From NCBI GenBank assembly GCA_049840735.1, contig JASGJN010000013.1, forward strand, positions 32,001-96,000: DNA of 64,000 bases, in the 5' to 3' direction. Within the stretch, counting starts at the first letter, position 1. Each line of letters starts with the position of its first letter. This document shows, in pieces, positions 31,598 through 44,199 of this stretch. A model generated the notes under the pieces. It did no database searches. It was not told the DNA's origin and saw only the letters and a list, made by a program, of their open reading frames with translations. A program made the position numbers and the translations under genes. The stretch comes from Anaeromyxobacter sp. Its GTDB lineage: Bacteria; Myxococcota; Myxococcia; Myxococcales; Anaeromyxobacteraceae.

Positions 31598-32157
31598 TTG
31601 ATCCGGTAGTCGCCCTTGACCCGCGTCTTCTCCAGCTCGCCCTGCACCGCCGCCAGCTGCTCCTTGAACCGCGCGTTGCCGGGCTCGTACATGAGCGCGC
31701 TCTTGAGCGCGCGCTCGGCCGCGTCCCAGCGCCCGGCCTCCAGCTCCTTCAGCGCGGCGGCGTAGAACTTGCGGCCGTTGGGCGTCTGGCCCAGCTGCTC
31801 CTCCAGCTTGCGCTTCTGCTCCTCCTTCACCTGGGCCTCCTCGGCCTCGGTGAAGCGGAGCTTCCTGGCCCGGTCCGGCCCGGCGATGTCGGCCACGTAG
31901 CGCGCGCGCTTCTTGTCGTCGCGCAGCACGGTGTAGGCCTCGTTGACGCGCCGGTAGATCCTCCCGATCAGCTCGCGCAGCTCGGCGCTGGGCACCGCCG
32001 CGTAGCGATCCGGGTGGTAGACGCGCGACTCGCGGTAGTAGGCCGCCTTGATCTCGGCCGGCGAGGCGGTCTGCGGCAGCTTGAGCACGCCGAAGTAGTC
32101 GAGCTGGTCGAGGGCCTCGGCCAGCGTCTCGACCTCCAGGAGGAAGCCGGCGTCCAT
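31594..32157 (-). CDS. J-domain co-chaperone with TPR-like C-terminus
   Basis: DYFGVL, EIKAAY, YHPD, NEAYTVL.D. Confidence 0.9.
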   Translation of the reverse strand: MDAGFLLEVETLAEALDQLDYFGVLKLPQTASPAEIKAAYYRESRVYHPDRYAAVPSAELRELIGRIYRRVNEAYTVLRDDKKRARYVADIAGPDRARKLRFTEAEEAQVKEEQKRKLEEQLGQTPNGRKFYAAALKELEAGRWDAAERALKSALMYEPGNARFKEQLAAVQGELEKTRVKGDYRIK

Positions 32158-32160
32158 GGG

Positions 32161-33775
<1,615 letters not shown>

Positions 33776-33945
33776 TTTGCAGGAGGACCAGGGGTTACGC
33801 CGGGTTACGGAATCCTAGCGGCGGCCTCGGCGGGCTGTCAAACGCCCGGCGGCCGCCCTGGGATGTCCATCGGCCGCGGGCCCGTTATTACTCTTGTGGA
33901 GGCGGTGCCGTCCTGCCGCCGCCGCGGAAAAGAGGTCGAAACGCC

Positions 33946-34791
33946 ATGGGTGCGGTCGCCGCGATCCTCCAGAGCGATGCGAGCCTGATGCGCTGCCAGC
34001 TGGCGCGCCTCCGGCCCTACGTGTCGCTCCAGCCGGGCGGAGAGGCCCCGCCCGACGCGTACGGGTTCGGCTACTACCAGGCCGGGAACGTGCTGGTCGG
34101 CAAGCGCCCCGCCGGCGCCGCCGCGCAGCTCTCGCTGCCCGACCTGGTGGGGCGGGTGGACACCGAGGCGCTGCTGGTCCACGCCCGGCGGGCCACGGTG
34201 GGCAAGCCCAAGGACGAGAACACCCACCCGTTCCGGTTCCGCCGCTGGCTCTTCGCCCACGACGGCCAGGTGGAGGGCTGGGACCGGGTGAAGCCGCGCC
34301 TGCTCGACGCCCTGCCGGACTTCCTGCGCCGCAACGTGCAGGGCGAGACCGACTCCGAGCACGTCTTCATGTGGTTCCTCAAGCTGCTCAAGGACGACGG
34401 GGCCCTGGACGACCTCGACCTGGACGCCCAGGCGGCCGGGCGGGCGCTGGGGCGGACCGTGCGGCAGCTGGAGGCCTGGGCGCGCGACGTCGGCGAGGGA
34501 CGCCCCTCGCGCCTGACCTTCGTCGCCACCAACGGGCGAATCCTGGTGGCCACCCGCCGGGGCGGCCCGCTCCACTACGCGCTCCTGGAGGGCATCGTCC
34601 CCTGCGAGCTGGACGAGCTGGCGGTGGACACCCCGGAGAGCGACCCGCGCGTGCGGCCGCACCGGCGCGTGAAGGCCGTCTGCTTCGCCTCCCGCCTCTC
34701 CGCCCCGGACGGCTTCATCGAGGTGCCGGAGGGGAGCGTGGTCTCCGTCGGGCGGACGCTGCAGGTGGCGGTGAACGGGCTGCCGGGGTAG
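33946..34791 (+). CDS. Class II glutamine amidotransferase-like protein (YafJ/EgtC-like), degenerate
   Basis: HARRAT, ENTHPF, GETDSE. No N-terminal Cys. Confidence 0.8.
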   Translation: MGAVAAILQSDASLMRCQLARLRPYVSLQPGGEAPPDAYGFGYYQAGNVLVGKRPAGAAAQLSLPDLVGRVDTEALLVHARRATVGKPKDENTHPFRFRRWLFAHDGQVEGWDRVKPRLLDALPDFLRRNVQGETDSEHVFMWFLKLLKDDGALDDLDLDAQAAGRALGRTVRQLEAWARDVGEGRPSRLTFVATNGRILVATRRGGPLHYALLEGIVPCELDELAVDTPESDPRVRPHRRVKAVCFASRLSAPDGFIEVPEGSVVSVGRTLQVAVNGLPG

Positions 34792-34800
34792 CCCCCCCGC

Positions 34801-35850
34801 TCAGACCAGCGACCACGGCCGCGGCACGAACCGCTGCTCCCAGGCGGCGAGCGCGAAGCGGTCGGTCATGCCGGAGAGCCAGTCGGTCACCGCCCGCTCC
34901 AGCGGCTCGCCTGGGCGCGGCGCGACGACCTGCTCCCGCGCCAGGCGCGCCGGATCCTCGAGGCACCAGCCCCACAGGTCCCGCAGGATGCGCTGCGCCT
35001 TGCGGAACTCGTCGTGCACCACCGGGTTCTCGTAGACGCGGGCGTACAGGAAGTCGCGCAGCGCCAGCAGCGCCTCGTGCACGTCGGGTGACATCTCGAT
35101 GTGCCCGCCGCCGTCCACGTCGGAGCGGCGGATCACGTCGTGCACCAGCCGCGCGAAGCGCTCGGAGCGGCCCCCGCCCAGCACCTCGCGGATGCGCGCC
35201 GGCAGGTCGGCCTCGGCGAAGAGCCCGGCCCGCAGCGCGTCGTCCAGGTCGTGGTTCACGTAGGCCACGATGTCGGCGATGCGGACGATCTCGGCCTCGA
35301 GCGTGAGCGACTTCTCTCCCGAGCCCTTGAGCAGCACGTTCCCGCGCCCCTTGGAGTGGCGGAGGATGCCGTCGCGGACCTCGGCGGTCAGGTTGAGCCC
35401 GCGCCCGTCCTTCTCCAGCACCTCCACCACGCGCACCGACTGGACCACGTGGTGGAAGCCGCCCGGCACCACCTCGTTGAGCAGCCGCTCGCCGGCGTGG
35501 CCGAAGGGCGTGTGGCCCAGGTCGTGCCCCATCACCATGGCCTCGACCAGCATCTCGTTGAGCCGCAGCGCCCGCGCGATGGAGCGGCCCACCTGCGCCA
35601 CCTCGAGCGTGTGGGTCAGGCGGGTCCGGTAGTGATCGCCCATGGGCGCCAGGAAGACCTGGGTCTTCCCGGCCAGCCGGCGAAAGGCCTTGCAGTGGAC
35701 GATGCGGTCGCGGTCCCGCTGGAAGGCCGGGCGCTCGTCGTCCGGCGCCTCCGGCCGCTCGCGGCCCCGGCTCCGCGCCGAGCGCGCGGCGCGCGGGTGC
35801 AGCGTCCGCTCCTCCAGGTCCTCCAGCATCTCGCGGATCGAGCCGGGCAT
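34801..35850 (-). CDS. dgt: Deoxyguanosinetriphosphate triphosphohydrolase (HD family)
   Basis: FQRDRDRI, KTQV, RTRLTHTLEV, HDLGHTPFGHAGE. Confidence 0.94.
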   Translation of the reverse strand: MPGSIREMLEDLEERTLHPRAARSARSRGRERPEAPDDERPAFQRDRDRIVHCKAFRRLAGKTQVFLAPMGDHYRTRLTHTLEVAQVGRSIARALRLNEMLVEAMVMGHDLGHTPFGHAGERLLNEVVPGGFHHVVQSVRVVEVLEKDGRGLNLTAEVRDGILRHSKGRGNVLLKGSGEKSLTLEAEIVRIADIVAYVNHDLDDALRAGLFAEADLPARIREVLGGGRSERFARLVHDVIRRSDVDGGGHIEMSPDVHEALLALRDFLYARVYENPVVHDEFRKAQRILRDLWGWCLEDPARLAREQVVAPRPGEPLERAVTDWLSGMTDRFALAAWEQRFVPRPWSLV

Positions 35851-35944
35851 CCGGCGGTTCTAGCGCCGCGGGGAGGGGCTGTCGACGTGGCGTGGTCGGC
35901 GCCGACGGGGCGTGGCGAGACGGCTCACGGGGCGGGGCGCCGGC

Positions 35945-36730
35945 TCACCGCGGCCCGTAGAAGCTCGCCTCCAGCGTGGTCAGGAACAGGTTCGACAGGG
36001 CGTGCACCACCACCGGCGCCACCAGCCCCCCGGTGCGCTCGCGCAGCCAGCCGAACAGCAACCCTGGGAAGAACGTGGCCAGCCGCCAGGGCTGCAGCAC
36101 CACCAGGTGCCCGGCGGCGAAGAGCAGCTGCGTCCAGAGGAAGCCGGCCCCGAGCCGGGCGCCCAGCACGGTCACGCCGCGCCCGGGCGCGCCCCGGGCC
36201 CAGCTGGTCTGGAGGAACCCCCGGTAGAAGAGCTCCTCCGGCAGCGCCACCACCAGCAGCTGCACCAGCGCCAGCGTGGCGAACCCCTCCGGCAGCCGGG
36301 GCGCGAGGTGCGGGGTGCCGACGTACGGCGCCAGCTGGTGGGCCAGCCCCGCCGGCAGGTTCGGCAGCGCCGCCGCGTAGGCGGCGAAGAGGCCGGCGAA
36401 GGGGGGGAGGATCAAGGCGCACACCAGCAGCCCCTGGCGCACGCCGCGGCCCAGCGCCCGCCAGGTGTCGGGATCGCGCGCCGAGAGGTGCGGCAGGCCG
36501 TACGCGTCCCAGCCCTCCCCCCTGGCCCGCAGCTTCGCGTCGGGCAGCCAGATGAAGAGGAAGGCCGCCACGCCGGCCAGGTTCGCCGCCAGGAGCCCGG
36601 TGGGCTCCAGGAGCGAGAGGCCGCGCGCCAGCGCCAGGCCGCCCACCGCCAGGCACCAGGTGGCCACCAGCGCCCGCCGCGGCAGGGGCGCGGGTGTGGC
36701 GTCGTCGGTCGCAGGGGGCTGCGCGCTCAC
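35945..36730 (-). CDS. CPBP/Abi-family glutamic intramembrane protease, myxosortase-like
   Basis: EELFYRG, LFAAGH and HALSN motifs in a polytopic protein. Confidence 0.88.
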   Translation of the reverse strand: MSAQPPATDDATPAPLPRRALVATWCLAVGGLALARGLSLLEPTGLLAANLAGVAAFLFIWLPDAKLRARGEGWDAYGLPHLSARDPDTWRALGRGVRQGLLVCALILPPFAGLFAAYAAALPNLPAGLAHQLAPYVGTPHLAPRLPEGFATLALVQLLVVALPEELFYRGFLQTSWARGAPGRGVTVLGARLGAGFLWTQLLFAAGHLVVLQPWRLATFFPGLLFGWLRERTGGLVAPVVVHALSNLFLTTLEASFYGPR

Positions 36731-36875
36731 GCGCCGGGGATCTCACGGCCCGGGGAGCCGGTCAACGCTCCTCCCCCTCGAATGTGGGCAGCTTCCCGAC
36801 CTGTGCCGCCAGGCCGCGCGTCCCTCGAACCGGCGACGGGGCGCGTGTTACTCTCCACGCCCAGGAGTGAAAACG

Positions 36876-39800
36876 ATGACCTCTCGCCGCCCGTTCCCCA
36901 GGCGCCGGCTCCTCGCCGGCCTCGTCCCGCTGCTCCTCGTCGCCGCCGCGCTGCCCTTGATGGCGCCGACCTGCGGCGGAGGAGCGGAGGGCTGGCGCAC
37001 CTTCCAGCGGAACTCGCTCATCATCCCCATGGACCGCTGCTGGCAGAACCAGACCGACGCGGTCACGCCGGGCACGGTGGCGAACTGCAGCTCGCCGCAG
37101 ACCGGCGACGTGATCCGCGCCTACGGCCTGGTCTACCAGCTCATCCGCAACAACGTGGCGGTGTACTGGGTCATCAGCCCGGACAAGGCCGCGCTCACCG
37201 GCCAGGACCTGGCCGTCCAGTACTCGGGCGGCTTCCCGGTCCTCAAGTACGACTGGACGGCGGGCGCGCCGGGCGCGGGGCTCGGCGCCGATCACACCAT
37301 CCGCTACCTGGGCGGCCCCTTCATCGTGGACGGGTCCGACTACGACAAGGCGGTGGCGGTGCTGGCCAGGTACCGCACCAGCTTCTCGGCCGTGAACGTG
37401 CACGTGTCCAACGTGGCCTTCCGCGGCTACGTGAAGAAGACCATGGCCGGCGGCTGGAACGCCGGCGGCACCGTGCCGCCCAAGCTGGCGCTGCTCGACA
37501 TCGGCAGCGGCAACATCTCCAGCCTGAGCCCGCTCGCCATCCGCGACCCCAAGAACGCCGAGCCGGTGATCTCCGGCTACCTGAACCGCGCCGGCATCGG
37601 CTCCGGGACCGCGGCCGGCACCGCCACCGGCACGCACGGCGAGATCTACGACCGGCTCACCATCGACGACTTCCAGCCGGCCTCCGGCTCCACCGACCCC
37701 ACCACCAGCCGCCTCTTCACCAACGGCTACCAGATCCTCTGGGTGCCGCACTGGGTCGCGCCGGGCTCCTGCTCCAACTACAGCTCCACCACCAACTGCG
37801 CCAACAGCAAGTACAGCGACGCGCGCATCGCGCAGACGCTCCAGACCATCGGCGCCTTCGTGGCCTCCGGCAAGGACGTGTTCGCCGAGTGCGCCGGCAT
37901 GGGCAGCTTCGAGGGCGCGTTCAAGCGCGGGAACGCCGGCACCTCGGACAGCGCCTACACCATCGACTACCAGAAGGGCGATCCGAGCACGCGGTTCCAG
38001 ACGCTCAACGGGCTCCGCTACAACGAGCTGCCCAACAACCCGTTCCCCGCCCCCACCTTCCCCGGCAACTTCAGCTCCCCGCTGCTGCAGCTGGGCGACT
38101 TCCCGTTCTCGCCCTACACCGGCGCGATCGAGGACTACCGGCCCCAGAACCCCACCTCCGGCGGCGGCTACCACGCCGACGTGACGCGGCTCATCCGCGG
38201 CACCGCCGGCGGCGCCAACACCTCCTACGGCGACCCCTACGACGCCTGGGACTACTTCACCATCCGTCCCTCCGCCTCCGGCCGCGGCACCATCGTGTAC
38301 CTGGCCGGCCACAGCTACTCCGGCGTCCAGGGCACGTTCCAGGTGGCCGGCTCGCGCCTGGTGCTCAACACCCTCTTCAACCTGGGCGCGGGCTGCACCG
38401 ACAGCGGCGTGACCTGCGACACCGGCAAGCTGGGCGTCTGCGCCAAGGGCACCCTGGCCTGCTCCCAGAGCGGCGCGTCGGTGTGCACCCAGTCCGTCTT
38501 CCCCAGCGCCGAGACCTGCAACGGCCTGGACGACGACTGCGACGGCCTGGTGGACGAGGACCTCGAGGTGGGCTGCTACGACGGCCCGGCCGCCACCCGG
38601 AACGTGGGGCTCTGCCGGCAGGGCGTGAGCGCCTGCGAGCGGAAGACCGACGGCAGCTACGGCATGAGCGCCTGCGTCGGCCAGGTGCTGCCGGCGGACG
38701 AGGTCTGCAACGGCCTCGACGACAACTGCAACGCCACCGTGGACGAGGCGCTGCAGCAGGCCTGCTACTTCGGCCCGCTCTCCTCGCTCGACGACCAGGG
38801 CCGGCCGCAGGGCGCCTGCAAGGCGGGCACCCAGACCTGCAGCCAGGGCACCTGGGGGGAGTGCGCGGTCTGCCCGGCCGGCATCCAGCCCTCCGACCCG
38901 GGCTACGCCGCCTGCCAAATCCTGCCGGCGGGCGAGACCTGCCAGGACACCACCGACGTCGACTGCAACGGCTACGTGAAGGAGCTGGCCGGCGAGTGCG
39001 GCAGCTGCACGCCGGGCGCCACGGCCACCTGCTACACCGGTCCGGGCGGCACGGTGAACGTGGGCCTCTGCCACGCCGGCACCCAGACCTGCAGCTCCAG
39101 CGGGAGCTGGGGCCCCTGCGTCGGTGAGGTCAAGCCGGTCTCCGAGAATCTGCACCGCCACCGGCGGCACGCCGCGCGACGAGGACTGCGACCACGAGCT
39201 CGACGAGGGCTGCGCCTGCCGCGACGGCGACACCGAGTCCTGCTACACCGGCCCGACCGGCACCGAGGGCAACGGCATCTGCGTCGCCGGCCACCGCACC
39301 TGCGCCAGCGGCCAGTTCGGCGAGGCCTGCGAGGAGCAGGTGCTGCCCATCCCCGAGACCTGCAACGGCAAGGACGACGACTGCGACGGCGCCGTCGACG
39401 ACGGCGCCACCTGCGCCTCGGGCTTCTCCTGCGAGCACGGCGTCTGCGTGCCCAGCTCCTGCGGCGTGGAGAACGCCTGCCCGGAGGGCTACGACTGCAA
39501 GGTCCCGTCCGGCGCCAGCGCCGCGACCTGCGTGCTCGGCAGCTGCGGCGGCACCACCTGCGCCGACGGCAAGGAGTGCCAGTACGGCAGCTGCGTGGAC
39601 CCCTGCGACAACGTCACCTGCGGCGCCGGCGCCACCTGCGCCTCCGGCGCCTGCGTGGGCGGCAGCTGCTACTTCGAGGGCTGCCCGGCCGGCCAGCTGT
39701 GCCGCAACGGCAACTGCGCCGCCGACGCGTGCGACGGCGTGACCTGCCCCTACGGCACCTTCTGCCGCGAGGGCGACTGCGTGCAGGCCTGCACCTTCGT

Positions 39801-42187
39801 CAGCTGCCGCAGCGGCGAGAAGTGCGGCACGGACGGCTTCTGCGAGTCCGACCCGTGCGCCAACCGGACCTGCGGCCCGACCCAGACCTGCGTGGCCGGG
39901 ACGTGCGTCGAGGACCCGTGCCTGGGCCTCGGCTGCGGCCAGGGCCAGGTCTGCAAGGCCGGCGTGTGCGTTGACGACGCCTGCAACGGCATCTCCTGCC
40001 CGGCCGGCCAGTGCCTCCAGGGCCAGTGCTACCCGGTGGGCAACCCGCAGGACGTGACCACGCCCACGAAGGAGACCAGCAGCGGCGGCTGCGGCTGCGG
40101 GACCGGCGCCGCCAGCCCGCTCACCGCCCTGCTGTTCCTGCTGGCGGTGCCGCTGGCCCGGCGCCGCCGCGGCGGCCAGGGCACCGGCCGCTGGGCCGCC
40201 CTGGCCCTGCTGCTGGTCGCGGCGGGCGCCAGCGGCTGCTCCTCCAAGAGCGACGGCGTCCCGGACCTGGCCCGCTGCGCCGGAGACCGGCGGGACGGTG
40301 TGCGAGGGCGAGAACCGCTGCATCGACACCTGGACCGACCCGGCCCACTGCGGCTACTGCGGCAACGCCTGCGGGGCCGGCAACGTCTGCGTGGACAAGA
40401 CCTGCGGCCCGGCCAGCGGCGTGGCCCCGTTCATCACCGGCCTCTCGCCCGGCTCCGGCCCCAAGGGCGGCTCGGCCCCCGTCACCGTCCAGCTCAACGG
40501 CCAGCGCTTCGCCCAGGGCGCCACCGTGCGCAGCGTCACCCCGGCCGGCACCCACACCTACGAGACCACCTGGGTGTCGGCCTCCTCGCTGCACGTGGAC
40601 CTCGACCTGTCCGCGTCGCCCGCCACCATCAGCTACCTGCGGGTGGTGAACCCGGACAAGGTGATCTCCAACCCGGTCCGCTTCGAGATCACCACCCCCA
40701 CGCCGGCCATCACCGGGCTCTCCCCGGCCGGCGCCGTCACCGGCCAGGTGACCCAGTTCACCGTGGCCGGCACCGGCTTCCTGGCCGAGAGCGAGTGCCA
40801 CTACTCGGGGCAGGGCAACGCCCAGGCGCTCCTCACGGTCGTGAACGGCGACGGCACGCTGACCTGCACCTTCGACGCGACCTCCCTGCCGCCCGCCACC
40901 GGCTTCCAGCTCTGGGTGGAGAACCCGGCCCTGCCCACCTCGGTCGCCTCCCAGCCCCGCTCCTTCAACGTGATCAGCGCGACGCCGGTGGTGAACAGCG
41001 TCAGCCCGAGCCAGGCGGCGTCCAACGAGGCGGTGGCCTTCACCGTGGACGGCGACGGCTTCGACGTCACCAGCCAGGTGCTCTTCGACGGCACGCCCCT
41101 CACCGCCACCACCTTCGTCTCGGCGCGCCAGCTCTACATCCCGCAGTACCTGCCGGCGGCCTGCTCCAGCGGCACCTGCCCGCACGTCGTCCGCGTCCGG
41201 AACGGCACCGCCGGCACGCCCTCCGAGACCTCCGCGACGTTCTACGTCGGCGCGCAGCCGCCGCAAATCACCGGCCTCTCGCCCGGCTCCGCCTATCAAG
41301 GCGCCACCGACGTGGTCCTCACCTTCACCGGCAGCGGCTTCCCGACCGGCACCCAGCTGCAGCTGCAGCCGCCCGGCGGCGCCTTCGGGACGCCCATCAG
41401 CGCCACCGTCAACGGCACCGGCACCCAGGTCACCGCCGTCGTGCCCTCGTTCGTCGACAGCCCCGTGGGCACGGCGCCGGAGGGCACCTGGCTGGTCCGG
41501 CTGGTCTACCCGGGCCCCATCAACTCCGCCTCCTACCCGTTCCGCCTGCTCTCGAACCTGGCCACGCTGGTGAGCTCCAACGTGCGCGGCGAGATGCAGG
41601 GCAAGCAGGTGACGGTCACCCTCTCCGCGGTGAACCTGCGCCCCTCGGCGGCGGCCACCGTCGACCGGGACATCCGGGTGGTGTTCGCCGGCCAGGACCG
41701 GACGCCCAGCGCCGTCAACATCACGCAGGCCTCCTCCGGCACCGGGACCGTCACGGTCCAGCTCAGCACGGTGGACCTCGACACCGGCACCTACACGGTG
41801 CAGGTGAGGAACCCGAGCGCCCAGCCCTCCAACGCGCTCTCCTTCAACGTCACCCCCGGCCAGCCCACGGTGGTCACCGTCACCCCGTCCAGCGCGGTCC
41901 AGAGCGACACCCCCACGCTGATCGTGCTGACCGGGACCAACTTCGCGAAGCCGGACGCCAGCGGCAACGGCGGCTCCATCGTGCACGTGGCCTCGACGGC
42001 GCTGGGCATCCTCGACTTCGCGCTGCCGGCCTCGGCCACCACGGTGGTCAACTCGAAGCGGCTCGAGGTGCGGTTCGACACCCGCACCGGCGTGCCGGGC
42101 ACCTACGACGTCTCGGTCTGGAACCCGGGCGGCCCGACCCCGCCCCAGAAGTCCAACTCGCTCACCGGCGCCTTCACGATCCAGTAG
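36876..42187 (+). CDS. Giant Cys-rich surface protein (about 1770 aa) with internal MYXO-CTERM-like signal, second lipoprotein signal and IPT/TIG-like repeats. Apparent frameshifts near 39147 and 40282.
   Basis: AGGAG RBS, signal ending MAPTC, ETCNGLDDDCDG repeats, GGCGC-TM-RRRR at 40084-40170, ASGC lipobox at 40228-40239, P.ITGLSP repeats. Confidence 0.78.
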
Positions 42188-42208
42188 GTCCCGGCCCTGA
42201 AGCGAGGC

Positions 42209-42237
42209 GGCCCCCGGCGCGGACGCGACCGGGGGCC
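42209..42237. terminator. Hairpin between convergent genes
   Basis: GGCCCCCGG...CCGGGGGCC. Confidence 0.5.
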
Positions 42238-42267
42238 TGCTGCTTCAGCCGGGGGCGAGGAGCGGCC

Positions 42268-42645
42268 TCAGCCCTTCTGCAGGGCCTTCCCGACCAGCTG
42301 GACCGCCAGCGAGGGATCGAACGGCTTGCGCATGATCTCGTCGGCGCCGAGCTTCCGGTAGACGTCCACCTCGCGCTCGCTGATCCGCGAGGACATGAGG
42401 ACCAGGAAGATCTTCCGCCAGTGGGGGTGCGCCTTGACCAGGCGGCACACGTCGGCGCCGTTCAGCTTGGGCATGTAGATGTCCAGCATCACCGCGTCCG
42501 GGCTGGCGGTGGACATCTTCCGGAAGACCTCCTCGCCGTCGCAGGCGCTGGAGACCTCGTAGCCTTCGTCCTCGAAGGCGGAGGTGAGGGCGTCCACCAT
42601 GGAGGGCGAGTCGTCGACGATGAGGACGGTCGGCCGGCGGGTCAT
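42268..42645 (-). CDS. Single-domain response regulator
   Basis: VLIVDD, LDIYMP, KPF. Confidence 0.92.
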   Translation of the reverse strand: MTRRPTVLIVDDSPSMVDALTSAFEDEGYEVSSACDGEEVFRKMSTASPDAVMLDIYMPKLNGADVCRLVKAHPHWRKIFLVLMSSRISEREVDVYRKLGADEIMRKPFDPSLAVQLVGKALQKG

Positions 42646-42716
42646 CGGCCTCGGGTTATACCTCAGTTCGCGCGGGACCGCCGTCCCCGGACACCTGTGG
42701 TAGGTTCCGCCCCGCC

Positions 42717-44132
42717 ATGCCAAAAGTCCGCGTCCGCTTCGCACCCTCTCCCACCGGCTACCTCCACATCGGTGGCGCACGCACAGCCCTCTTCAACTGG
42801 CTGTGGGCCCGGCGCACCGGCGGCGTCTTCGTGCTCCGCATCGAGGACACCGACCGCGAGCGCTCGACGCAGGCCGCCGTGGACGCCATCCTCGACGCCA
42901 TGAAGTGGCTGGGGCTGGACTGGGACGAGGGCCCCGAGGTGGGGGGGCCGCACCCGCCCTACTTCCAGACGCAGCGGCTCGAGCTCTACAAGGCGCACGC
43001 CGAGAAGCTCATCGCCGAGGGGAAGGCCTTCGCCTGCTACTGCACGCGCGAGGCGCTGGACGTGCAGCGCAAGGCCGCCGAGGCCGAGAAGCGCCAGTTC
43101 CGCTACCCCGGCACCTGCCGCCACAAGCCCTACGATCCCTCGAAGCCGCACGTGATCCGCTTCCGCGTGCCGGAGACCGGCGAGACCACCTTCGTGGACC
43201 TGGTGAAGGGGGCCATCTCCACCCCGCACGACACGCTGCAGGACGAGGTCATCCTGCGCGGCGACGGCGTGCCGCTCTACAACTTCGGCGCGGTGGTGGA
43301 CGACATCACCATGGAGATCAACCTGGTCGGGCGCGGCGACGACCACGTCAACAACACCGCCCGGCAGATCCTGATGTACCAGGCGCTGGGCTACCCGGTC
43401 CCGACCTTCGCCCACTTCCCCATGATCCTGGGCGCGGACAAGACCCGCCTCTCCAAGCGCCACGGCGCCACCAGCGTCACCTCCTACCGCGACATGGGCT
43501 TCCTGCCCCAGGCGGTGGTGAACTACCTGGTGCGGCTGGGCTGGAGCCACGGGGACCAGGAGATCTTCTCGCTCGAGGAGCTGGTGCAGCTCTTCGACAT
43601 GAAGGACGTGGGCGCCACCGCCGGCGTGTTCAACCCGGACAAGATGGCCTGGGTGAACCACGAGTGGCTGAAGAAGCTCCCGGACGAGGAGCTGGCCCGG
43701 CGCGCGCTGCCGCACTTCCAGGCCGCCGGCCTGCCGGCGCAGGACGACCAGAAGCTGCGCCACGTCTGCGCGGTGGCCCGCGAGCGCGCCCGCACCTTCG
43801 GCGAGTACGTGGCCCAGTTCCGCTACTTCTACGCGCCCATCGCGCTCGACCCCAAGGCCAAGGACAAGTTCCTGACCGCCGACGCGAAGCCCATCCTCCA
43901 AGGGCTCCGGGAGGCCATCGCCGGGATGGCGGCGCTGGAGACGGCCGCGCTGGAGAAGCTCTTCCAGGACGCCGCCGCGGCGCGCGGCGTGGGGCTGGGC
44001 AAGATCGCCCAGCCGGCGCGCGTGGCCCTCACCGGCGGCACCGCCTCCCCGGGCATGTACGACGTCATCCAAATCCTGGGGAAGGACGAGACGCTGAAGC
44101 GGCTCGACGACGCCCTGGCGCTGATCGGGTAG
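42717..44132 (+). CDS. gltX: Glutamate-tRNA ligase
   Basis: RFAPSPTGYLHIGG, RIEDTD, LSKR. Confidence 0.97.
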   Translation: MPKVRVRFAPSPTGYLHIGGARTALFNWLWARRTGGVFVLRIEDTDRERSTQAAVDAILDAMKWLGLDWDEGPEVGGPHPPYFQTQRLELYKAHAEKLIAEGKAFACYCTREALDVQRKAAEAEKRQFRYPGTCRHKPYDPSKPHVIRFRVPETGETTFVDLVKGAISTPHDTLQDEVILRGDGVPLYNFGAVVDDITMEINLVGRGDDHVNNTARQILMYQALGYPVPTFAHFPMILGADKTRLSKRHGATSVTSYRDMGFLPQAVVNYLVRLGWSHGDQEIFSLEELVQLFDMKDVGATAGVFNPDKMAWVNHEWLKKLPDEELARRALPHFQAAGLPAQDDQKLRHVCAVARERARTFGEYVAQFRYFYAPIALDPKAKDKFLTADAKPILQGLREAIAGMAALETAALEKLFQDAAAARGVGLGKIAQPARVALTGGTASPGMYDVIQILGKDETLKRLDDALALIG

Positions 44133-44199
44133 CCCTCTTTCCCAGCAAGAGCGAGAGGTTGCGTCGCAGGCCCCGGTGGAGTACCACCAGGGCTCGACT

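Noticed and set aside
38400..40030. Repeats as a CRISPR or non-coding array
   Set aside because: These are degenerate protein-level Cys-rich repeats within a CDS.
38400..40400. Cys-rich surface protein as a multiheme cytochrome
   Set aside because: No repeated CxxCH motifs. The pattern fits disulfide or Ca-binding repeats.
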